Part shown: positions 1 through 6,279 of the stretch, in pieces
Numbering within the stretch: the first letter of the stretch is position 1
How the letters are laid out: each line of letters opens with the position of its first letter
Assembly: GCA_027031765.1 (NCBI GenBank)
Contig: JALVPN010000145.1
Coordinates: 1-11,881 of the forward strand
Length of the DNA: 11,881 nucleotides
Direction: 5' to 3'
From: Promethearchaeota archaeon
GTDB taxonomy: Archaea > Asgardarchaeota > Thorarchaeia > Thorarchaeales > Thorarchaeaceae
Position numbers and translations under genes: made by a program
Notes under the pieces: generated by a model
What the model was told of the DNA's origin: nothing
The model's input: only the letters and a program-made list of their open reading frames with translations
The model's database searches: none

Positions 1-67
1 CACCCTCACCCCCGTGTTTCTCGTGCAACCCGGCCCGGGCCTCGCCCAGCAACGCCATCCAGTCCAC
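1..67 (-). CDS. 5' end of a hypothetical protein that runs off the left edge (MDWMALLGEARAGLHEKHGGEG...)
   Basis: On the minus strand, AGGAGG (plus 75-80) lies 7 nt before a GTG at 67, and the frame stays open to the window edge. Only 22 codons are visible, so no product can be assigned. Confidence 0.45.
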   Translation of the reverse strand, partial: MDWMALLGEARAGLHEKHGGEG

Positions 68-227
68 CGTCCGGCCTCCTGGGTGTGTATTACTGGCGTA
101 GTCCCCAGCCCACTACTCCCATGATGCACCGCTATTCCCCGCATCATACTCGGTTTTATTACGTGCTCCAGTGGTAATGTAGGTGAGTTGTACCACAGAA
201 ACTGAGTCCACATGGAGATGCTGACAG

Positions 228-368
228 ATGGAGAACGGAGCCCAGCCGACCTCGACCCTCTGGAAGAACGCAGAAGTGCTGCATGTCCTCTATGGCCTGC
301 TCGACAGTGACCGCGAGCCGACCGACGCTGATGCCCGGCGCCTCAGGGCGCTCTATGCTGGCTCGTAG
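228..368 (+). CDS. possible 46-aa small protein (MENGAQPTSTLWKNAEVLHVLYGLLDSDREPTDADARRLRALYAGS)
   Basis: ATG 228 to TAG 368, with GGAGA about 10 nt upstream and an amphipathic-helix-like composition. It is below the ORF-track cutoff and no family is recognised. Confidence 0.3.
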   Translation: MENGAQPTSTLWKNAEVLHVLYGLLDSDREPTDADARRLRALYAGS

Positions 369-431
369 GCAGCTGGATGCGAGGACCGTTGACCTGACCA
401 ATCACGCTCCTCATTTCCCGGAATGAGGTCA

Positions 432-635
432 CTACGCTGTCTCCGCATGCATCTCCCGGCAAGGCAGAGACACACAGTGGGGACGGTACCTCCCCGGCGC
501 CGTCCCCACACCACGGTCCTGGTGGACTCCGCCCACCCAGTAGGGCCCACTCTTTGAGATGCGCGTGTTGTAGACCCAGGCCTTCCTTTTCCACTCCGAC
601 TCTGCCGGGCGTCTGGTCTGTGGTGCCCACTCCAT
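432..635 (-). CDS. possible 67-aa small hypothetical protein (MEWAPQTRR...MHAETA)
   Basis: Open frame from ATG 635 to TAG 432 in an otherwise unassigned gap. Codon usage is plausible, but there is no clear RBS and no recognised motif. Confidence 0.2.
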   Translation of the reverse strand: MEWAPQTRRPAESEWKRKAWVYNTRISKSGPYWVGGVHQDRGVGTAPGRYRPHCVSLPCREMHAETA

Positions 636-782
636 GCTACATGCCCCGATTGCCCCCGTCACTACCGGCATCTGCCTGCACATCGCGCCTGATGTCCCCG
701 GTGTGACTCAGAGGGTGCGTCAGTCTTATCTGCGTCCGTCACCTGGGCGGGCATGACCCCTTGTGGGAGTTGAGCGCACAGT

Positions 783-1661
783 ATGCGTAGGGTCGTCATT
801 GACTATGACAACAGACCATACCGACCGGGAGAGGTGGTCTCCGGGAAGGTCAGTGTGACTACGGACAAGGAGTTCCAGTGCAACAGGGCCCTCATCTCAT
901 TGGTGGGCGTGGTGAGGACATCAGTGGTGCGTGGTGGTGGGCGTACGAGACGTGTGTACCGGGACTCCCTGACTCTGGTCGATGAGACCTGTGTCCTGAG
1001 CGAGGAGCGGTCCATCCCAGAGGGTGAGACCTCCTTCCCCTTTGAGTTCCGGCTGCCCACATATATCCCCGACACATTCAGTGCGTACCGTGCTGAGGTG
1101 TCCTATGGTCTTTCTGCGAAGGTCGAGGTGTCATGGGCCCTCGACCCCAAGGCTGAGTCAGAGGTACATGTGTCGGTGCCCCTGAGCGAACGCAGGGGGG
1201 AGCGTCAGACGCCACGTATTGACACCGGGGACGGTGACGAGGTGCTCGTAGACATGCCCTCCGACACGCTGGTGCCAGGTAGTTCCGTCCGTCTACGCCT
1301 CTCCGTCCACGGCTCGCCCCGGATCCGTGGTGTGCGCACCGAGCTGTTCCAGGTGGTGCACCGGGTGGCCCGTGGGCGCGATGATGAGTCATGGGTCGAG
1401 CTTGACAGACAGACGGTGGAGGCGGAGGAGCTAGCTGCTGGCCTCTGGACCGACGTGACACTCGGCCCCGTCCCTGAGCGGCTCGTAGAGATCAAGACAC
1501 CCCTGCTGACCGTCAGGTACATCCTCAAGGTCACAGCAGACATACCGTTCCGGTTCGACAAGTCGGTGGAGATACCACTGGCCGTTGGACTTGCACCATC
1601 CGACGACCTCCTCGAGGCCGACGTGTCCTCCGTGGGCTGGGAGTTCCGCATATCTGGCTGA
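783..1661 (+). CDS. arrestin-domain protein (alpha-arrestin/SpoOM-like; Arrestin_N + Arrestin_C), 292 aa
   Basis: The N-domain matches the alpha-arrestin pattern: 'YRPGEVVSGKVSV', 'LISLVGVVRT', 'GETSFPFEFRLP...PDTF...VSYGLSAKVEVSWALD'. The C-domain ends with 'TPLLTVRYILKVTADIPFRFDKSVEIPLAVG'. The composition is all-beta. Confidence 0.85.
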   Translation: MRRVVIDYDNRPYRPGEVVSGKVSVTTDKEFQCNRALISLVGVVRTSVVRGGGRTRRVYRDSLTLVDETCVLSEERSIPEGETSFPFEFRLPTYIPDTFSAYRAEVSYGLSAKVEVSWALDPKAESEVHVSVPLSERRGERQTPRIDTGDGDEVLVDMPSDTLVPGSSVRLRLSVHGSPRIRGVRTELFQVVHRVARGRDDESWVELDRQTVEAEELAAGLWTDVTLGPVPERLVEIKTPLLTVRYILKVTADIPFRFDKSVEIPLAVGLAPSDDLLEADVSSVGWEFRISG

Positions 1662-1893
1662 CGGCCCTCGACAGTAGGCCGCTGCGTGCATCTGGCCAGT
1701 CTTGCTGTCGGGAGCGGTCCAGTCCGGACCCGGTGCAGTAATGGGGCTCACGGTACTGTCCAGACTGTGTGCTGACCGGTGTTTTATTTTTGTGTCCGTC
1801 ATGCTACTGCTTGGGGAGCAGAATGTGTGGTCTTGCACGGAGGTGCGATTCCTTTATGTGTCTGTGTCCACTCCACGGTGTTGGCGTGATATC

Positions 1894-2379
1894 TTGAAGA
1901 AGAGAGTCGGAGTCGTCCTGGGACGTGGTGGCCACACTGCGCAGACCTTCGCGCTGGTAGACCTCTTGGGCCGGTCTTTCGAGTATATCTACATGGTCGG
2001 AGTCCTCGACCCACTGACAAGGGCGAAGATCCGCATCCCGGGACGCGTGTTGCCGGTACTCCCACCACGGCTCCAGCCCACCGACTCCCGGCTCCTGTCC
2101 GTACTGCGGACGCTCGTGACCCTGCTCCTGGCCTTTCTCTACCTGGCGTTCTGGAGGCCCGGCATCGTTGTGAGCTGTGGCACCGGCCTCACGGTCCCCG
2201 TGTTCTATGCCGCACGGGCCCTAGGTGTCAGGACCGTCTACATTGAGAGCATGTCGCGGGTGGAGACCCTATCCATGACCGGGCGGCTCCTCCTTGGTAA
2301 GACTGACCTCTTCATTGTCCAGTGGCCCCAGCTCGCGGAGAGGACACCCGGGGCGGTCTATGGGGGGCAACTGCTATGA
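1894..2379 (+). CDS. alg14: Alg14-like (PssD/CpsF-type) acceptor-binding subunit of UDP-GlcNAc transferase, 161 aa
   Basis: Motifs 'VVLGRGGHT', 'RPGIVVSCGTGLTVPV', 'TVYIESMSRVETLSMTGRLL' and 'FIVQWPQL'. The start is re-placed at TTG 1894 (MKKRVGVVLG), which fits the family N-terminus. The stop TGA overlaps the next ATG (ATGA, 2376-2379). Confidence 0.9.
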   Translation: MKKRVGVVLGRGGHTAQTFALVDLLGRSFEYIYMVGVLDPLTRAKIRIPGRVLPVLPPRLQPTDSRLLSVLRTLVTLLLAFLYLAFWRPGIVVSCGTGLTVPVFYAARALGVRTVYIESMSRVETLSMTGRLLLGKTDLFIVQWPQLAERTPGAVYGGQLL

Positions 2380-2834
2380 TATTCGTCACTGTAGGCACTT
2401 CCCACTATGACCCGCTCATCCGTGAGATGGACGGTCTGGTCGCATCCGGCAGGGTGCCCCGGCCAGTTGTGGCACAGATTGGTCGCGGTCAGTACGTCCC
2501 CCAACACATGCGCTACTACCGTTTCCTGAAGAGCCTCCAGCCGGCGTATGACGCTGCTGACCTGGTCGTGAGCACTGGTGGTGCTGGCACGACCATAGAG
2601 TGTGTCCGTCGTGGCCTCCGCCTGGTGGTCGTGGAGAACGAGTCACTGATGGAGCGTCACCAGGCCCAGCTGATTGGGGAGATGGCAAGACGCGGTCACC
2701 TCCTATGGTGCCGGCGGCTCGATGACCTTGCAGACTGCGTCCACGAGGCCCTCAGTCGTGAGTTCCCACCATTCGTGTCAGACCCGCCAGATGGGATACG
2801 CACTGTGGTGCTCGCCCTCCTCCATGACGACTGA
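2376..2834 (+). CDS. alg13: Alg13-like (Glyco_tran_28_C; PssE/CpsG-type) UDP-GlcNAc-binding subunit, 152 aa
   Basis: Motifs 'MIFVTVGTSHYDPLI', 'QIGRG', 'ADLVVSTGGAGT' and 'VVVENESLMERHQ'. ATG 2376 overlaps the alg14 stop by 4 nt. Confidence 0.9.
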   Translation: MIFVTVGTSHYDPLIREMDGLVASGRVPRPVVAQIGRGQYVPQHMRYYRFLKSLQPAYDAADLVVSTGGAGTTIECVRRGLRLVVVENESLMERHQAQLIGEMARRGHLLWCRRLDDLADCVHEALSREFPPFVSDPPDGIRTVVLALLHDD

Positions 2835-3059
2835 TAGGCACACCCAAGTCCCGTGCGCATGACCTGTCCAGGACTGTCACTGCCCCGGCCATCACTACGT
2901 CATTATGCCAGACGGTATGCCCCCGGTATGTCCATTTGGCGCCAAACGCGGCAGCCCCTCGGGGGCCTCCATGCGGTGCTGTGGTCATCCCAATACCCCG
3001 GTGGGTATGCGGATATCACGTAGGGCTGTATGGTGCTATTCTCCGGGTTTGATGCATCC

Positions 3060-3104
3060 TTTATATTCGTCGTCTCCCACCCGTTCCATAGGAAACTGAG
3101 GTGA
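3060..3104 (+). promoter_or_regulatory. TATA-like box (TTTATATT 3060-3067) and ribosome-binding site (GAGGTGA 3098-3104) of the 3112 gene
   Basis: A rare AT-rich octamer in GC-rich DNA about 45-50 nt upstream of ATG 3112, plus an archaeal SD-type sequence 7 nt before the ATG. Confidence 0.6.
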
Positions 3105-3111
3105 GTAAAAA

Positions 3112-3864
3112 ATGAGCAAGAAGAGAAGCAGGAAGTCAAAGAGGCTCATCCGGACTCGTGGGATGGCGCTTGCCGTCAAGCTCTTCCGCTGCAACGGCCT
3201 GAGCATGAGCCCTACCAAGCTGGCGGCCACGTTCCGCAACATGCCCTATTCACCCAGCAAGGACGAGATCACCGCCGGGTTCACAGAGGTCAAGGCGAGT
3301 GGCAAGGTGGTGCGTGGTGAGTTCGTGGCAGGGTTCAGGGTACCAGTGCTGTCGTACGACGCCGAGGGCAACCTGACACCGGTGCACTATGTGAGTGTTG
3401 ACCGCGGCACAGTGCTGGTCAAGCTCGACCGTGGCACCGTAGAGGTCAGGGGTTCAGAGCGCATATCCCGGAAGTTCAGGAGGATCCTTGAGGACACGAC
3501 CGGTGCCAAGCTGTCGCCTCTCAACCTGAACGGTGGGACAAAGAAGCTGTACACACAGGCTGCGGAGATTGACGCTGTCCTGCTCACGGGGGTCGAGAAG
3601 GGGAACCTCACGCAGGCAGAGTTCAGGGGCCTTGGGATACAGAACGAAGAGGAGATTGGCCTCTACACGCGACGTTACAAGGGGTCGATCAGTCGTTTCC
3701 GTGGCACATTCCCCTATCCATCCGGGGCGTTCTTGACCACCACTGTGAATGCAGATGCGGGCTCGCTAATCGTGTACCGCAGTGGTGACGGCATACTGGA
3801 GAAGGACCTGGAGTGGATAGTCGACCTGATGGAAGAGGCGGCACTGGCCGAGGAGAACGCATAG
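3112..3864 (+). CDS. hypothetical alpha/beta protein with a highly basic N-terminal tail, 250 aa
   Basis: Strong RBS, a TATA-like box and coding-like codon usage. It begins MSKKRSRKSKRLIRTR. No family recognised. Confidence 0.8.
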   Translation: MSKKRSRKSKRLIRTRGMALAVKLFRCNGLSMSPTKLAATFRNMPYSPSKDEITAGFTEVKASGKVVRGEFVAGFRVPVLSYDAEGNLTPVHYVSVDRGTVLVKLDRGTVEVRGSERISRKFRRILEDTTGAKLSPLNLNGGTKKLYTQAAEIDAVLLTGVEKGNLTQAEFRGLGIQNEEEIGLYTRRYKGSISRFRGTFPYPSGAFLTTTVNADAGSLIVYRSGDGILEKDLEWIVDLMEEAALAEENA

Positions 3865-4006
3865 TTGGCCGTGGGACGGGTCGCTGCGGCCCGCCCGGCC
3901 CCCATGTTTTGTCTGTCATGCCCTGTGCAGGGCAGGGGTGCCACTAACGCTGCTCTCTGATGGGCATACCTGTACCGCCGTGGACGGGGTTCACATCTGG
4001 TACACA

Positions 4007-4303
4007 TCACATCCAGGCGCTCGGGTCACGCTTGAGGCCTATCACTGTCCTCGTGTTCTCTACGTACCACCGTGTCCTGTCCCTGAACAGTGGCCAGAAC
4101 TCGAAGAAGACCGCGGGTTCCTCAGCCTCAAGCAGCAGGAACCCGTTCCACTCAGTGCCCCACGCATGGCGGTAGTCACCTATGAGGTGCAGCTCTTCGG
4201 GCCAGCCCTCGTCGAGGAACTGTTTCCAGAATGCACGGGCCCTGTCCGACTCCTCAGTGGTCATCTGCCTGAACTTGTAGAACACAACGAAGGCGTATGT
4301 CAT
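4007..4303 (-). CDS. small dimeric alpha/beta-barrel-like (ferredoxin-like fold; DUF3303/GYD-like) protein, 98 aa
   Basis: The start is re-placed at ATG 4303 (MTYAFVVFYKF), because the longer start overlaps the divergent nuclease gene. The pattern strand-helix-'LIGDYRHAWG'-'GFLLLEAEE'-helix-'TRTVIG' fits beta-alpha-beta-beta-alpha-beta. The fold call is an inference. Confidence 0.65.
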   Translation of the reverse strand: MTYAFVVFYKFRQMTTEESDRARAFWKQFLDEGWPEELHLIGDYRHAWGTEWNGFLLLEAEEPAVFFEFWPLFRDRTRWYVENTRTVIGLKRDPSAWM

Positions 4304-4343
4304 CGGGTGCACGCGTCCTGGGAATGGAGTGGGTGGCGGTGGA

Positions 4344-4354
4344 TTAAAAAGATT
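4344..4354 (+). promoter_or_regulatory. TATA-like element TTAAAAAGATT in the 73-bp divergent gap between the 4303(-) and 4377(+) starts
   Basis: An AT-rich island 33 nt upstream of ATG 4377. Read on the minus strand (TTTTTAA) it is about 40 nt upstream of ATG 4303. Confidence 0.55.
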
Positions 4355-4376
4355 GGTCATGGGTGGTGGACAGAGG

Positions 4377-5108
4377 ATGAGCGAGGACGAGAGCGCGGTC
4401 GTGAGCCGTGATTTCCAACACGGACGCGTGGCATACCGGTTCCTGTGGAACACTGCGCACCATCGCAGTCTGGGCTACGAGTCGGGAGACCTTGCTGCCC
4501 TGTGGGCGCACTTGGAGGCGGTGCGGCGGGGCAGTATTCCAACGGTACCGTTCCAGGACCCGTCCTACCTGCGTGCGTCAGGCCTCAGGCTGACACGGAT
4601 GTCGCGGTCGGCGGCTGTGGGTTTCAGGGAGCGTCTGTTCAGGAGCGGCATGGTGCGTGTGTACAGTGACGACCCCCTCGTGAATGCCCTCCGTCAGTTC
4701 CACAGGGCCAGGAACAGCACAGCCCGCCCGCTAGACCACGGCGTGCTACGAGACTTCATCATGCACGACCCGGCCAGCATTGCGCTGGAGGTGCCGGTCT
4801 GGTCCGACGAGTACCACCTCTCCGGGCACATTGACCTTGTGAGGTTTGAGGACGGTCTCGTCCAGGTCTGTGACTACAAGCCCGGCCCTCTTGAGACGAC
4901 CAGGCACCGGTTCCTTGAGGCCCTCCCGCAGGTCGCAGCCTATGGTGAGATGATGGCCTATCACCTTGCATCCACGTTCAGGCAGGCACTGGATGCCCCG
5001 TTACTCCCCCATGTCACATGTGCGGTCTTTGACACCCACTCGTGCTGGCGGTTTGGCGCGGAGCTGTTCGTCACACTTGTTGCAGCACGTCGTGTCGAGG
5101 GCCTCTAG
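4377..5108 (+). CDS. PD-(D/E)XK (RecB/Cas4-like fold) nuclease family protein, 243 aa
   Basis: Ordered catalytic motifs 'ALEVPVW' (E), 'LSGHIDLV' (D), 'VCDYKP' (DxK) and 'PQVAAYG' (QxxxY). There is no 4-Cys Fe-S set. The start is placed at ATG 4377 after GAGG. Confidence 0.85.
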   Translation: MSEDESAVVSRDFQHGRVAYRFLWNTAHHRSLGYESGDLAALWAHLEAVRRGSIPTVPFQDPSYLRASGLRLTRMSRSAAVGFRERLFRSGMVRVYSDDPLVNALRQFHRARNSTARPLDHGVLRDFIMHDPASIALEVPVWSDEYHLSGHIDLVRFEDGLVQVCDYKPGPLETTRHRFLEALPQVAAYGEMMAYHLASTFRQALDAPLLPHVTCAVFDTHSCWRFGAELFVTLVAARRVEGL

Positions 5109-5968
5109 CCCCGCCCGTTCTCCACAACACGCATGCGGATTTCTTCCTCAACGCTCGGTGCATGGGCCGCCATGCCGCTCCACCTGATTGAGATTGTGGG
5201 GCGTTCTGACACGAGCCCCTCACGTATGCGGGAGAAGTACTGTTCTGTGAGGACACCAAAGTAGCCAATCGCAGGGTCGACGGGCACCCACCCTTTTCCC
5301 GCCAGGTATGCTTCAGACCACGCGTGTGACTCGGGGTTGCTGCCGTCCCGGTATATGTGGCCGACCACGCGTCTGGCGGGAATCTTGGCTGCGCGCAGCA
5401 GGGCTATGAACAGGTCTGCGTGTTCGTCACAGTCACCCTCCTTCTCCCTCACGGCACGGGACGCACCAATCCTCTCGTCGAGGTGGGTCTTCAGTCTGAG
5501 GTGCTTGCGGACCGTGTCGAACGCGAGCCGTGCGTACCGCTCGTCGCTGTCTGCCCTGCTGGATATCTGTTCGGCCATCTCCTGTACGAGTGGGTCGTCC
5601 ACCTCCCAGTACTTGTCTGCCTTGCAGTATGTCCCCCGGTGCCTTGACATCTCTTCCGTGGGCGTTTCCAGCCGTTCCATCATCCAGTCGCGTGTGGTGG
5701 TGTCTATCCGGAGGGTCACTGTGGGTGAAAAACTCTCGCCGGGCTGCAACTCTGGTACCTTGATGATGGCCACCATGTTACGTTCAGCCTTCTCGACAAC
5801 GCGTGCTGGTGGGAAGACATCGATTGCCCGTACGAACTGGTTGTCCATGTCGGTGAGCAGGTGCCAGGTCATCCGTGCGTCCTGTAGTCTTCCACCACCG
5901 TTGTTGTGTACGTCTGCCTGCATCTCTATGAGCAGTCTCAGTATGGTGACCTCCGGTAGCCATGTCAC
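5105..5968 (-). CDS. soluble transglutaminase-like (Transglut_core) cysteine protease/transferase
   Basis: Intact triad: 'GDCDEHADLFIALLRAAKIPARRVVG' (Cys), 'HAWSE' (His), 'GWVPVDP' (Asp). The start is uncertain (ATG 5995, GTG 5968, or ATA 5944/CTG 5941 after GGAGGT). The stop overlaps the convergent nuclease stop in CTAG (5105-5108). Confidence 0.9.
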   Translation of the reverse strand: MTWLPEVTILRLLIEMQADVHNNGGGRLQDARMTWHLLTDMDNQFVRAIDVFPPARVVEKAERNMVAIIKVPELQPGESFSPTVTLRIDTTTRDWMMERLETPTEEMSRHRGTYCKADKYWEVDDPLVQEMAEQISSRADSDERYARLAFDTVRKHLRLKTHLDERIGASRAVREKEGDCDEHADLFIALLRAAKIPARRVVGHIYRDGSNPESHAWSEAYLAGKGWVPVDPAIGYFGVLTEQYFSRIREGLVSERPTISIRWSGMAAHAPSVEEEIRMRVVENGRG

Positions 5969-6279
5969 TGATGTCCTTTGTGTGCAGGGGCCCATGGACT
6001 TGGGATGGAGTGGTTACCCCGTGTGGCACGGTCATTGCACCGCCGGTAGTGTCCTCTTGCACCTGTTGACGCTGGTCACACTGGTGTGCCTCTGGGCACT
6101 CCCGGACCGGACAGCACAGACCCGTTGTGGGAGGCCTGGTCTGCCGTCCCACTCACAGCTAGCCTTCCCGGATACATTTATGTGTTGCCAAGGGTTCACT
6201 CTCCGATGGCTGCCACAATCACGCTGGGGCCAGGCCGCCCGAGTCAACGGTCGGGCGTGTGTACGGGGGTCCTTGCCGC

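Noticed and set aside
1702-1893. N-terminal extension of Alg14 with a hydrophobic stretch (CFIFVSVMLLLG) that could mimic the eukaryotic Alg14 membrane anchor
   Set aside because: The hydrophobic residues come from a T-rich tract (GTTTTATTTTTG, about 1780-1791) that looks like a terminator or promoter element. The extension is Cys-rich and atypical, and the family-like start is at TTG 1894. Orthologue alignment would settle it.
2935-2946. Perfect 12-bp palindrome TTTGGCGCCAAA, which resembles an E2F site
   Set aside because: A few 12-bp palindromes are expected by chance in 12 kb. There is only one copy, and it is over 100 nt from the TATA box.
3400-3441. DRGTV repeated twice, 27 nt apart, in the 3112 protein
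   Set aside because: There are only two short copies, consistent with adjacent beta-hairpins rather than a repeat array.
3919-3934. Inverted repeat TGCCCTG-TG-CAGGGCA between convergent genes
   Set aside because: The 2-nt loop is too tight for a hairpin, no T-tract follows it, and it is a single GC-rich instance.
4377-5108. Cas4/CRISPR interpretation of the nuclease
   Set aside because: It lacks the four Fe-S cysteines, and there are no cas genes or repeat-spacer array in the window.
5105-5108. Convergent stop codons sharing CTAG, plus a 15-nt convergent overlap at 7705-7719
   Set aside because: This is real but is ordinary genome compaction, with no evidence of regulatory meaning.
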